Under the pieces are notes generated by a model. That model was not told the origin of the DNA. It worked only from the letters and a program-made list of their open reading frames with translations, and searched no databases. 64,000 nucleotides of DNA from an uncultured virus (IMG/VR IMGVR_UViG_3300028601_000024) (taxonomy: Duplodnaviria; Heunggongvirae; Uroviricota; Caudoviricetes): IMG/VR virus record IMGVR_UViG_3300028601_000024; one strand, written 5' to 3'. The position numbers and the translations under genes are program-made. How positions within the stretch are numbered: position 1 is the first letter of the stretch; every line of letters starts with the position of its first letter. Positions 1 to 10,334 of the stretch are shown one piece after another.

Positions 1-209
1 ACTCTTTCGCCCGCTGAATTTACCATTCCTTTTGTTGCATCCCATGCCCCACGCGTAGCATTTTGAATACCTGTTCCAAAAGTTCCAGCATTAGCTAAAG
101 CAGCCCCTGCGCCTAACCCTGCTACAGCCATACCTTTTTTAGCAATCGGAGAAAGTTCTTCTTGTAAAAGACTTTCTAATATTAATTTTTTATCTGTTTT
201 ATACTTCAT
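1..209 (-). CDS. Partial virion/internal-head protein paralog (runs off the window)
   Basis: ATG at 209 after an AAGGAACAAC RBS; reads MKYKTDKKLILESLLQEELSPIAKKGMAVAGLGAGAALA, the same N-terminus as the neighbouring paralogs. Confidence 0.7.
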   Translation of the reverse strand, partial: MKYKTDKKLILESLLQEELSPIAKKGMAVAGLGAGAALANAGTFGTGIQNATRGAWDATKGMVNSAGER

Positions 210-248
210 GTTGTTCCTTTATTATTTTTAAATATTGCTTTAAATAAT

Positions 249-839
249 TTATAATCCTCTAAATAGTCCTGCTTTATAACTTAAAGATTGGTTGTTTGGT
301 CTAAATATTTTTGGATATCGAGATGCTCCACGACCTTTATTGAAATCCGTTTTCATTGAATTAAATTGATTGCGTATAGTATCACCAACAGCTGAAGTTT
401 TAATTGAATCAACATGATTAGTCATTGCTTTATTAAAATGATCAGCCTTATTTTTAGCTGAAGTTTTAATTGAATCAACATGATTAGTCATTGTCTTATT
501 AACATGATCAATATCACTTCTCATTGTGTTTGATGCTTGATTTTTAGCAGCTTTCATTCCAGCATTCATTGTTTCACGAACAGACATATTTGGATTTCTC
601 AAACCATTTGCTAAAACTGTAGCACCTGTTTTACCACCATATCTGTAACCAACTGCACCAAGACCAGCTGCTCCTAATGCACCTGCTGCACCTAATGCGA
701 CATCACCTGAAGTAATACCTTCATCTTCTTCACCTGGATAAAAGCTATTCTTAATATCACCAGCATATTCAACGGCATCTTCCCAAGCTTCTTGTAAAAG
801 ACTTTCAAGAATTAAATTCTTATCCATTTTATACTTCAT
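249..839 (-). CDS. Putative virion internal protein (short leader A + Gly/Ala-rich domain X)
   Basis: LILESLLQEAWE propeptide-like N-terminus; C-terminal part paralogous to 1857..2450; internal 22-aa duplication (MTNHVDSIKTSA). Confidence 0.6.
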   Translation of the reverse strand: MKYKMDKNLILESLLQEAWEDAVEYAGDIKNSFYPGEEDEGITSGDVALGAAGALGAAGLGAVGYRYGGKTGATVLANGLRNPNMSVRETMNAGMKAAKNQASNTMRSDIDHVNKTMTNHVDSIKTSAKNKADHFNKAMTNHVDSIKTSAVGDTIRNQFNSMKTDFNKGRGASRYPKIFRPNNQSLSYKAGLFRGL

Positions 840-851
840 GTTGTTCCTTTG

Positions 852-1240
852 TTATTCTTTAGCACTAGAGATGAATCTGGGTACATTTTCAACAGCTTTA
901 AGATATTGTGCATGATTAATACCCCTTTCTCTCTTTTGTATCTTGGTCAAATGCTCCTGAAGGACTTGATCTGGTTCTTTGCAAAAATATTATAGAGATT
1001 TGCTATTCCATCCCACCCTTCTTTTCTGTGAGTATCTCTTTTTTCTCTAAAATCTTTAATATCCTTTGCTAGAGTATTACGATTTTTTTGAATTTCCATA
1101 CCATCTTTATAACTTCCGTTATTTCTAGCAGTTTTACTGAGGTATGGATGATTATCATGAGCAGCTTCGAATAATTCTTGTTCCCAAGCTTCTTGTAAAA
1201 GACTTTCTAATATTAATTTTTTATCTGTTTTATACTTCAT
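852..1240 (-). pseudogene. Frameshifted paralog (short leader A + domain Y)
   Basis: The ORF stops at 947, but another frame downstream gives YLKAVENVPRFISSAKE* (stop 852-854), matching the YAKAAQAVPRFVSSAKK tail of 1253..1789. Confidence 0.65.
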
Positions 1241-1252
1241 GTTGTTCCTTTA

Positions 1253-1789
1253 TTATTTTTTAGCACTACTGACGAATCTAGGTACTGCTTGAGCTGCTTT
1301 AGCATATTTACTGCGACCAAGAAACTCTGCCTCTTTTGAAGTATGAGGACTAAACATTGATGGATAAGGTGCTACTTGAGAGATCCCTCTTGCAAAATTA
1401 TCATCTCTATTTGCTAAATCCTCTCTCCCCTTTTTTCTGACCTCATCTCTATCTTTTCTAACCTCTTTAATATCATTTGCTAAGTTATCACGATTTTTTT
1501 GAATTTGCATACCATCTTTATAACTTCCATTATTTCTAGCAGTTTTACTGAGGTGTGGATGATTATCATGAGCAGCTTCGAATAATTCTTGTTCCCAAGT
1601 CTCTTGTAGCATTGAACGAGTTTCTTCAATAACTTTTTCATCTACAAGAATTTTGCGAATACCCATAGTACTCTCATTAATTAACATTTTACCTTGAAGA
1701 ACATCTTTTTCAGATAGTGTTGATTCCTCAAGTAATCCTAAAGTATATTGATTTCTAACATTTTCTAAAATCATATCTAATTTCAACAT
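1253..1789 (-). CDS. Putative virion internal protein (long leader B + domain Y)
   Basis: N-terminal ~65 aa nearly identical to 1857..2450; C-terminal part nearly identical to 947..1240. Confidence 0.6.
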   Translation of the reverse strand: MLKLDMILENVRNQYTLGLLEESTLSEKDVLQGKMLINESTMGIRKILVDEKVIEETRSMLQETWEQELFEAAHDNHPHLSKTARNNGSYKDGMQIQKNRDNLANDIKEVRKDRDEVRKKGREDLANRDDNFARGISQVAPYPSMFSPHTSKEAEFLGRSKYAKAAQAVPRFVSSAKK

Positions 1790-1829
1790 ATTGTTCCTTT
1801 TTACATTGTTTAAAATAAATTACATGAAT

Positions 1830-1855
1830 AAAGTATAAGCTTTCGCTTATACTTT
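1830..1855. terminator. Hairpin terminator
   Basis: aaagtataagc-tttc-gcttatacttt inverted repeat just after the stop of 1857..2450. Confidence 0.6.
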
Positions 1856-1856
1856 A

Positions 1857-2450
1857 TTATCCTCTAAATAGTCCAGCTCTGTAACTTAAAGATTGACTTT
1901 TTGGTCTAAATCTTCCTGGATGTTGAGATGCTACACGACCTTTATTGAAATCTGCTTTAACTGATTCAACTTGATCATTTACTGCATTTCTAGCACGAGC
2001 AACATCACTTCTCATTGTTGCACCAGCTTGAGTTTTAGCAGCTCTTCCCCCGGCACGCATAGCTTCTCCAACTGACATATTAGGGTTACGTAAACCATTT
2101 GCTAAAACTGTAGCACCTGTTTTACCACCATATCTGTAACCAGCAGCACCAAGTCCAGCTGCTCCTAATGCACCTGCTGCACCTAATGCGACATCACTTC
2201 CATCAATTCCTTCTTCTTCAGGGTATAAGCCTTGAGCTGTCTGTACCATATCTTCCCAAGCCTCTTGAAGAATTGAACGAGTTTCTTCGATAACACCTTC
2301 ATCTACAAGAATTTTACGAATACTCATAGTACTCTCATTAATCATGATTTTACCATTTAGAACATCTTTCTCAGATAAAGATGATTCTTCAAGCAATCCT
2401 AAAGTATATTGGTTTCTAACATTTTCTAAAATCATATCTAATTTCAACAT
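1857..2450 (-). CDS. Putative virion internal protein (long leader B + domain X)
   Basis: Several (I/L)xE motifs followed by the ALGAAGALGAAGLG segment shared with 249..839. Confidence 0.6.
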   Translation of the reverse strand: MLKLDMILENVRNQYTLGLLEESSLSEKDVLNGKIMINESTMSIRKILVDEGVIEETRSILQEAWEDMVQTAQGLYPEEEGIDGSDVALGAAGALGAAGLGAAGYRYGGKTGATVLANGLRNPNMSVGEAMRAGGRAAKTQAGATMRSDVARARNAVNDQVESVKADFNKGRVASQHPGRFRPKSQSLSYRAGLFRG

Positions 2451-2452
2451 AA

Positions 2453-2947
2453 TTAGCCTCTATTTTTAATATTTGCAAGAATACGTGCTACTGTATTAGT
2501 AGATTCTTCGATTATTTCATTTGTGTGTTGTGTGCTTTCAGTGTACTCACCATCAACGTCACCATCAACGTCACCATCAACGTCACCATCAACGTCACCA
2601 TCGACGTCACCATCGACGTCACCATCGACGTCACCATCGACGTCACCATCGACGTCACCATCTTCGCTAGGTGCTGGAATTAATTGACCATTATCAAAGT
2701 AATAACGATTTCCTTCTGCATCATAAAGCTCCATTGGTTCTTCTGCTTCTGGAATATCTAATTCATCAGGAATAAAATCCTCAGCTGCTTCTGTAATAAT
2801 TTGTAATGCAAGATTATTATAAAAATCTGCTTCCTCAAGATTTACACTACCATGCTTTACTAAATGGTTCATGATTAATTTATCAGTTACCAATCCTGTT
2901 GTTTCTTCAAGCACATTGCTTAAAGATTGTACAATATATTTATCCAT
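2453..2947 (-). CDS. Acidic protein with DGDV repeats, possibly prohead core/scaffold
   Basis: Highly acidic, xLEE motifs, lies next to the head-protein paralogs. Confidence 0.4.
   Translation of the reverse strand: MDKYIVQSLSNVLEETTGLVTDKLIMNHLVKHGSVNLEEADFYNNLALQIITEAAEDFIPDELDIPEAEEPMELYDAEGNRYYFDNGQLIPAPSEDGDVDGDVDGDVDGDVDGDVDGDVDGDVDGDVDGDVDGEYTESTQHTNEIIEESTNTVARILANIKNRG
2549..2662. repeat. 12-bp coding tandem repeat (DGDV x9.5)
   Basis: tcaccatc(a/g)acg units read directly from the sequence. Confidence 0.95.
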
Positions 2948-3007
2948 TATATTTCCTTATTTTTTTAGTTTCTTTGAGTTGTGATAATTAACTATTTGTT
3001 ACTTGTA

Positions 3008-4027
3008 TTAATTGAAAATCAATAATTGATTATTATTTAATACATTAAATTGATAATCTTGAATCGGAACATCGAATTTTAAATCGACATCGCTTGATAA
3101 TATAATTCCTAGTTCTTCATATATTATAATTGGATCACTACTAGTAGAATCACTTACTAAATAAATAACTGCTTTTTTACCATTCAATGCTTTTGTTATA
3201 TGCGATGGAATAATTAATTGGTTATTTTCAAAATTGTTTTGATCAATTAAAATATTTGCAAATAACTTTTGCTTGGTATCACTTATGATATTATCATTCA
3301 TATCAATTAATATTGGTAAACTCTCTCCTTGAGAATTAATAATAATTTGAATTCCATTAATAATATTATTATTTTGTGTTTGATTACTAATCATATTAGG
3401 TATTTTTAAAAACCCTTCAAATTCAATCTGAAGACTATTTTGCTGTTCTACTTGTTTATTCTTAGTAATGCTTTGAATTCTTAGCATCGGTTCTAATTTA
3501 TATGTTGCATATTTTTTAATTGCTTTATCATATGTTTTATAATAAAGTCCTTCTGTATCATGATCTAGTTCCCAATCTTTAGTAACCTGATCAACGTCCA
3601 AGAATGTTGTATACTTATAAGCATAAAACCAAAAGTTTTTAGGAAATGTGGTTATTAAATAATTATGATAATCTAATAAATCATTACTTGAATTAAAATT
3701 TATTTTAACACCCATACTTATTGTAACCCATTTAAAATCCATTACAACCGTATCTCTAATAGTATGATTTACACAAAGGGTTTGAACTATCGGTCGAGCC
3801 ATCATATGACTAACACTTCTGAAAAAATCAGCGTTTTGATCAATTCGTATATCATTAAAATTGATAATACATAGAGGAAATTCATAAACATCTTCATTAT
3901 ATAATTTCCAATTTAAGAATGTTTTATCTGCATAATTAAATTGATAATGTTTAATTTGTGGGAAATGAGAACTTAGAAAATGTTTAAAACTTTTTAAAAA
4001 ATCTATATAGTATGTACTTACTAACAT
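3008..4027 (-). CDS. Hypothetical protein, possibly virion structural (tail completion-like)
   Basis: 339-aa ORF; function guessed from context only. Confidence 0.35.
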   Translation of the reverse strand: MLVSTYYIDFLKSFKHFLSSHFPQIKHYQFNYADKTFLNWKLYNEDVYEFPLCIINFNDIRIDQNADFFRSVSHMMARPIVQTLCVNHTIRDTVVMDFKWVTISMGVKINFNSSNDLLDYHNYLITTFPKNFWFYAYKYTTFLDVDQVTKDWELDHDTEGLYYKTYDKAIKKYATYKLEPMLRIQSITKNKQVEQQNSLQIEFEGFLKIPNMISNQTQNNNIINGIQIIINSQGESLPILIDMNDNIISDTKQKLFANILIDQNNFENNQLIIPSHITKALNGKKAVIYLVSDSTSSDPIIIYEELGIILSSDVDLKFDVPIQDYQFNVLNNNQLLIFN

Positions 4028-4428
4028 TCTTCTCCTTCACAAAACTGTTTAAAACTATAATATTTTAAACTACTAAAGAATACACTAAAATTATGATCCT
4101 TATTAAATACTCGATGGAAGACAATTATTATATTGTCTTCATTTTGGTACTTGTAATAATTTAATAAGTTATTATCAGATAACTCAATTTTATCGAGTTT
4201 CCATAAATTCAAATCTTTAATTGTTATTATATTATCATCTACCGTAAAATATTTATTACTCGGTATTAACTCCGCATTACTTATGTCTCTGATAAAGTTT
4301 AATCTTGTGCCATACTTAGTATTACAATACTTATAATTACACGATACTCTATAGTTTTTACAGTCGCTATGGACCTTTACATAAATATAAGGTCCATTAA
4401 TTTTTATTTTGTGTACAGATTCATCCAC
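4021..4428 (-). CDS. Hypothetical protein
   Basis: ORF with AAAGGA RBS, coupled to its neighbours. Confidence 0.6.
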   Translation of the reverse strand: MDESVHKIKINGPYIYVKVHSDCKNYRVSCNYKYCNTKYGTRLNFIRDISNAELIPSNKYFTVDDNIITIKDLNLWKLDKIELSDNNLLNYYKYQNEDNIIIVFHRVFNKDHNFSVFFSSLKYYSFKQFCEGEEC

Positions 4429-4439
4429 TATAATTCCTT

Positions 4440-7400
4440 TTATATTTGTGACTGTAATCCTGCTCCTAAGAAAAATGCTTCTATTGTCTTTAAGCTAGAA
4501 ATGTTTTCACGTTGTACTTGAACATCAAAATCCTCAGGGATAATCCCATGACGAATAATTGAATTTATCATTTGTTTCTTAGCTTGAAGATCATCACTCT
4601 TAATTGCGTGCAACTCTTTAATTAATTTATATGGCTGTCTAGATAGTAAACTATTCATATCATATAATCCTACTTTAATAGCTCCTGCTCCCTCTCTAGT
4701 TCCACTTCGTCCTTGACCACTTATAAAATTTCTTTTAGCGTTTATAATTCCACGAACACTACTCATACTTTTTGGAAAATGCTCTAGTAAATTTACAGGA
4801 AGTATTCCAACTGGAACTTCTTTTAAAGTAACAATATTATTATTCTCTACTACTTGAACCTTTTCATTTAATTTAACTCCAACTATCTTAGCAGCATTCA
4901 TAATATGTTTAATATTAATCTTATTTTTAAATGGAGGAACCATTGCAGGAAAGGCTGGATTATTTAAAGGATCGTGTTTATTAATATATTTTTTAATATT
5001 TGAATCACTTTGTTCAAAAAATTCTTTTAATTGACTCACTAATTGTAAATCTTGTGTTTCATCGATTGCTGTCATGACTTCTAAAACTAATTTTTTAACT
5101 TCATCAATTTTATTTGAATCACTTAAATCTTTTACTTTTTTATTTAGAAAATAAATAACTTTTCCAAGATACATACTAAGAAGAATACTTGGATTTTTAC
5201 GACTTATGATGCTAAGAGGCGTTCCTACAAATTCAATAGTTAATCCACTATCTAATGCGATAGGTTCTTTACCTTTTTCCATAATATATTGAACAGTTCC
5301 TTTACCTCCACTACTAGTTAAAGTAAATTTACTACCGTTTCGAATAGGATTTGCTTGTTCAATATACACTTCAATTAAAGCTCCATCAAATTCTTCGCTA
5401 TTTATTTTATGTCCACCAATAGTAAGCATTTCGATATTTTCTATATGACCAATACAATCGACTTGTCCATTACATTTAGTAATTTTCTCTTTTGTTTGAC
5501 GAATTAAATTATCATATAAGCTTAATATATCTTTAGGTAATTTAAGGGTATTTAATTTTACAACTACATCTTTAATTACTCCACCTGGACTTCTATAAAT
5601 TTTAGTATTACCTCTAGTCTCTAATCCAACCATAATACTTTCACCTTCGTCATCATCTTTAAAATCATCGTCTTGAAATTCATGATGAGTGTTAAATTTA
5701 ATCAATTCGTGTCCAGGGTCTGTATTTTGAAGTGAGATATTTAATTTATCCAACTTAGCATCTCTAGGGAAAAGTATTGTTATCTTCTGAAGAATTGTAT
5801 TATTGTATTTTTCATCTAACGTGTCACTTACTACCCAACCGTCTTCATAGTTTAAGCCTAAGTATCCCATTTCTGCTACAACTAGGTTTTTACCAATAGC
5901 TAATTTATCCTTCTTTAGTGAATCACTCGATGCTAATATATGACCCTTTTTAATCTTTTGTCCAGCACTAACTCGTGGAGTATAATTATTCATTAAATAA
6001 ATCCCCCGTTTAGTTCTACTCTTAACTGGTCGAATATCTATTTTCTCTTTAGAGGTTTTAGTTTTAACTTCGATAAATTCATCTGTAACCCTTACTACTT
6101 CACAATCCTTTGTTGCTTTTTTACTAAATCTATCACTAACTAAATGAGGAATGTAACTTTCAAAACCAGTTTGAACCAATGGAACATCTGGATTCTTTAA
6201 TTGAGTAAATTGTGCAGTTTGCTGATTACCCATAACTCTACGAGTAGTATCATCATATTCAAAAAAAGGTGAAAGTGATTCTATAGGACTAAGATTTCCA
6301 AAACTATTAGATATATTAGTAAAAGGTTTCTTACTAAGATTTCCATATTTGTCATCAATCATAACACTATTGGTTAATGTTTGATTAACACCAATTCCAC
6401 CATACTCATTAGTAGCAGTTGGACTAATAATTCCAAAATAAGATGGATTTAAATCTCTCCTATTTAAAGTTAATTGATTTTTTAAAACATTTCCTAGTCC
6501 GGTTTTAACAACTTTCATACTAAGCATCAATTCTTCCATAGGATTCAATGTTTTAGTATATTGTAGGATACCAGCATTTAAAAGATTTTTAATAATATAA
6601 TCACTTTGAATAGTTAATTTTTCTTTACTTAATGTTTGATTTTTCTTTAATTTAGACATAGCTTGATGAACCTGATTATAAGCAAGAGCAGTAATAGTCT
6701 CGGACATTCTTAAACGGTAATTATCTAAATCTAGAGCATTTTTAGTTTCTCTTTGATTCAACATATCAACCATATCTATTCCAAGAATCTCACCTAACTT
6801 TGTATGAAATCCTCCATCTTTTAAAATATTTAATGTACTTGAATCTATAAATTTATCTTTAACATTTGATAGAATATCAAATCCTACTGATCCATATCGA
6901 TTAAGGATAAAATCCCCAATATCATCTAAATAAGAAGCTAGTGTATCTCCACTTCTTTTCAATTTATTAAATTTAAGAATTCCATTTATGAAGTATTTTT
7001 CTTGATTACTAGTTATACTATTTTCATTAATATACAAGCATAAATATTTACTATTTAAATTAATACATCCATATGCATTCGGATCTTTTTTATCTTTTAT
7101 TAAATAATTAATATTCATTATATTAAAAGCTGGTTTACCATAAGCAAAAATAAGAAATAAACTAAGTGGAATCTTTCTCCCTGCTATTTTTAATTCATAA
7201 TAAGGTTTACTTGATATAGACTTGTGAAGAGTTGTTTGATTGATTTTATTATAAACATTAAAAATAAAAGTATTTAAATGTTTTTTATCAATATGATTTA
7301 CATCTCCTTCGCTTGTAACATAAACTATATCATTATTTTGTCCAGGTAGAATATAGGCATACTCTACCATTTTATTTTGCTCATAACGTTCGTAGAATTG

Positions 7401-7466
7401 TAACACTTGGATTGATTTTCCACTTACCATTTTATCTACTTCGTTTTCAAAATTAATACGTATCAT
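4440..7466 (-). CDS. rpoB: Phage RNA polymerase beta subunit, large C-terminal part
   Basis: DDTTRRVMGNQQTAQ (~DANRALMGSNMQRQA), GKNLVVAEMGYLGLNYEDG (~GxNxxVAxMxxxGYNxED), GSKFT..GGKGTV (~GDKxxGRHGNKG), KVGLYDM (~RFGEME). Confidence 0.9.
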   Translation of the reverse strand: MIRINFENEVDKMVSGKSIQVLQFYERYEQNKMVEYAYILPGQNNDIVYVTSEGDVNHIDKKHLNTFIFNVYNKINQTTLHKSISSKPYYELKIAGRKIPLSLFLIFAYGKPAFNIMNINYLIKDKKDPNAYGCINLNSKYLCLYINENSITSNQEKYFINGILKFNKLKRSGDTLASYLDDIGDFILNRYGSVGFDILSNVKDKFIDSSTLNILKDGGFHTKLGEILGIDMVDMLNQRETKNALDLDNYRLRMSETITALAYNQVHQAMSKLKKNQTLSKEKLTIQSDYIIKNLLNAGILQYTKTLNPMEELMLSMKVVKTGLGNVLKNQLTLNRRDLNPSYFGIISPTATNEYGGIGVNQTLTNSVMIDDKYGNLSKKPFTNISNSFGNLSPIESLSPFFEYDDTTRRVMGNQQTAQFTQLKNPDVPLVQTGFESYIPHLVSDRFSKKATKDCEVVRVTDEFIEVKTKTSKEKIDIRPVKSRTKRGIYLMNNYTPRVSAGQKIKKGHILASSDSLKKDKLAIGKNLVVAEMGYLGLNYEDGWVVSDTLDEKYNNTILQKITILFPRDAKLDKLNISLQNTDPGHELIKFNTHHEFQDDDFKDDDEGESIMVGLETRGNTKIYRSPGGVIKDVVVKLNTLKLPKDILSLYDNLIRQTKEKITKCNGQVDCIGHIENIEMLTIGGHKINSEEFDGALIEVYIEQANPIRNGSKFTLTSSGGKGTVQYIMEKGKEPIALDSGLTIEFVGTPLSIISRKNPSILLSMYLGKVIYFLNKKVKDLSDSNKIDEVKKLVLEVMTAIDETQDLQLVSQLKEFFEQSDSNIKKYINKHDPLNNPAFPAMVPPFKNKINIKHIMNAAKIVGVKLNEKVQVVENNNIVTLKEVPVGILPVNLLEHFPKSMSSVRGIINAKRNFISGQGRSGTREGAGAIKVGLYDMNSLLSRQPYKLIKELHAIKSDDLQAKKQMINSIIRHGIIPEDFDVQVQRENISSLKTIEAFFLGAGLQSQI

Positions 7467-9007
7467 TTAATCTCCATATTAAATCTAACATTTGATAAAT
7501 CTATACTATATTTATCACTAAGTTGTTGCTTTTTATCATTTTCTAAAATATCAAATTTTATACGCTTAGAACCTTGAAGAATATTAATTATTTCATCTTC
7601 TATTTCATTATAGCTTACATCTGAATTCAATTTAGTATTTTTTAACGTAACACTACACACAGAATAATGTGTATAAAATCTTACCAGGTTAGGTGCAATT
7701 TTTTGAATAGGTTTTGGAAATAATTGATTAATCATAATATAATTATTACCACCAATTTTAACATACTTATCTTGTACAACATAAGGTACTCGAAAGGTAA
7801 TATTATATGGCTTTTGTGTTGTATTTCCCAAATCTTTATGCTGAATACGTACAGTGTATTCTTTGTATCTATCTGTATTATTATCGATTATTTTACTACT
7901 AATTTTTAACACTTTTATATTTAATTCTTTGTCACTCGTTAAAGTTCCCTCAATTAATTCTTTAATTAATGAATCTGTATTTTCAGTAAGTTCTGAATAT
8001 TGTTTATTATATCCACCTAGCTCGTCTAATCCAACTATTTTTTGATAATCAAATGATCCTTTTGGGATATTAACTTCAACACTTCCGTTATATTTTTTAT
8101 TAATCATTTGATTGGTTTTAGTTAGATTTTCAACACCTTTGCTAGGAGTTTCTTTGAATAATTGATTCAATTTCTCTTCTAATGTTCCCTTGATTGGAAC
8201 ATTAGCTAATTCATCTTTCACTTGTTGAATGAATTCTTTATCATCAAATATCAAATCAGGTTTTTTTTTAGATTCTTCCATTTGATCTACTAGTTTTTGA
8301 ATCTTTAATTTAGTTTGATTAAGTTTTTCCTCTACAAATTCTTTATCTTTAATTTGAATATTTCTTTCTTTCATAACCATTCCAAGAATATTTCTTTGGA
8401 ATATTAATTTATCTTCGTTCTTGATCGCTAAAGGATAATATCTATTTTCACCTTTTGTAACATAAACAATTCCATCAAGAGTTGATTCAATCTTTCCACC
8501 ATAAAGTCTATTAATATAAATTATTAAATTTAATAAATCACTTTCATTTCCATCCAGTTCAGGATCTCCATAGATAAACATATAGTTTTTACCAGTTGGG
8601 TAATCCTTAACTGCTTTTTGAATTAAATCATGTAATGCATCGAATAATAATTTAGGACTCCTAGTCTTTAAAATACTTAATATATCACTCATGATCCCTG
8701 TAAAGTCAAAAACATTAGTTTGTTGAGTACTTTTCTTATTAGGTAATCTATTATATGTAAAATTTGGTAATTGTTTTTTGATACTTAGAAAATACTTTTG
8801 ATTAGCAATTCTTTTGCCTAGAAAACTAGAAATAATAGGAGGAATAGTAATCTGTCTAAAAAACCCTTTAGTTTGAGTATTTATAAATTCATATAAACCA
8901 TTCTCCATTTCAGGTAGAAAAAATATATTATCTCCAACTTCTCCATCCCACATTCTGACATTATTTACTGGTTGTTTATTTTTAAATAATAATGTACTCT
9001 TGACCAT
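7463..9007 (-). CDS. Phage RNA polymerase beta subunit, N-terminal part with a long extension
   Basis: FRVPYVVQDKYVKIGGNNYIMINQLFPKP resembles beta region A (IPxMTxxGTFIINGxERVIVSQL); overlaps the start of the large beta gene. Confidence 0.75.
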   Translation of the reverse strand: MVKSTLLFKNKQPVNNVRMWDGEVGDNIFFLPEMENGLYEFINTQTKGFFRQITIPPIISSFLGKRIANQKYFLSIKKQLPNFTYNRLPNKKSTQQTNVFDFTGIMSDILSILKTRSPKLLFDALHDLIQKAVKDYPTGKNYMFIYGDPELDGNESDLLNLIIYINRLYGGKIESTLDGIVYVTKGENRYYPLAIKNEDKLIFQRNILGMVMKERNIQIKDKEFVEEKLNQTKLKIQKLVDQMEESKKKPDLIFDDKEFIQQVKDELANVPIKGTLEEKLNQLFKETPSKGVENLTKTNQMINKKYNGSVEVNIPKGSFDYQKIVGLDELGGYNKQYSELTENTDSLIKELIEGTLTSDKELNIKVLKISSKIIDNNTDRYKEYTVRIQHKDLGNTTQKPYNITFRVPYVVQDKYVKIGGNNYIMINQLFPKPIQKIAPNLVRFYTHYSVCSVTLKNTKLNSDVSYNEIEDEIINILQGSKRIKFDILENDKKQQLSDKYSIDLSNVRFNMEIK

Positions 9008-9016
9008 ATTGTTCCT

Positions 9017-9649
9017 TTATAAAATTAATTTTTTACATAATACATCAACACTAGGATAATTAGCACTTTTGTTAAATCCATCTCTATGTATAAATATTAG
9101 ATTACTTATTTGTTTGATTTCACCTGGTTCATAGTGTTTGAGAATTACTCGTTGCAAGTTATTAATATTCTTAGCTATTTTACTTCTATTTTTAGAGTAT
9201 TTTAAAAACATCATTAATTCATGCGACCACAAATACTCAAACATTCCTAAAGGATTTTGTAACACTTTATGATACTGAATAGTTGATAATGAATTTGAAA
9301 CACTTGAATAAACCATGATTCCAACATCATCTAATTCACGAGCAATTTGCAATTTAATTATATTTTTTAAATGTTTTTTATCAACGACAACAAGCACTAT
9401 ATCACTATATAGTTTATATTCATTTACTTGATTAATTAATCGTTTTAATGTATCTCTATCGCTTTTAATTTCTACACTTATAATTAAATTATATTGCTCG
9501 CTAATGCCCATGACATCATTTCTAGTATTTAAACTAAAATGTGTAAACTCTTCAAATATTTGAGAATTGTATTGTTCAATTAAATATTGTTTAATTAGAT
9601 CTCTTATTATTTTTTCATTACTGTCATTATGTATAATCGGCTCCTGCAT
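9017..9649 (-). CDS. sce7726-family PD-(D/E)XK nuclease-like protein
   Basis: RNDV...VEIKSDRDTLKRLINQVNEY...D.VLVVV signature. Confidence 0.7.
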   Translation of the reverse strand: MQEPIIHNDSNEKIIRDLIKQYLIEQYNSQIFEEFTHFSLNTRNDVMGISEQYNLIISVEIKSDRDTLKRLINQVNEYKLYSDIVLVVVDKKHLKNIIKLQIARELDDVGIMVYSSVSNSLSTIQYHKVLQNPLGMFEYLWSHELMMFLKYSKNRSKIAKNINNLQRVILKHYEPGEIKQISNLIFIHRDGFNKSANYPSVDVLCKKLIL

Positions 9650-10214
9650 CGTATCGGTCCTTTCCTATAATTGTTATTGCATTAAATACTTTTTTTATAT
9701 ATCCTATAAATAAAGTGTTGTATTTATTATAAGGAGTACAATAAATATTACATAGATTATATTGTTTAAAACATTTATACATTTCATCAGTATCTTGTTT
9801 GAATATTTGATATGCTTTAGATAACCCAAGCTTTAATAATTCATCTATATCTAAATGATTGTGTCCATGTAACCCGACCTGCACAAATATTTGCAAATGT
9901 TTAATTTGATCAAGAGTTATATAATTATTATAAACCCCTTGTTTAGATAATAAATGAGCTTGTTTACAAGTATTCCAATATTGATTAGTTGAGTTACTTA
10001 TTATATTAGTACTTACAAAAACAATACATTTTTCAAGCAAATAAGGATAATACTTTTGTAAATACAATATATATAAATATTGAGAATATAATGCATCATC
10101 AAATGTTAAATATCTATACGAATTCAATGAATCTATAAATTCTTTTTTATAGTGTTTAGGATATATTTCGTGAAACATAATGTCCATAATAAACCTTTCT
10201 TTAAATTTTGCCAC
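9627..10214 (-). CDS. Polysaccharide deacetylase (NodB-like) domain protein
   Basis: LTFDD and GLHGHNH metal-binding motifs. Confidence 0.65.
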   Translation of the reverse strand: MAKFKERFIMDIMFHEIYPKHYKKEFIDSLNSYRYLTFDDALYSQYLYILYLQKYYPYLLEKCIVFVSTNIISNSTNQYWNTCKQAHLLSKQGVYNNYITLDQIKHLQIFVQVGLHGHNHLDIDELLKLGLSKAYQIFKQDTDEMYKCFKQYNLCNIYCTPYNKYNTLFIGYIKKVFNAITIIGKDRYDAGADYT

Positions 10215-10334
10215 AAGAAAAAAAGAGACTCAGTCTCTTTTTTATAATACATAATAATTGATTTAATATTTGTTATTTATAATTTTTTGCTCTAATTTGG
10301 AATATTTATAAAGTGAGTCATGCATTTATCCGAT

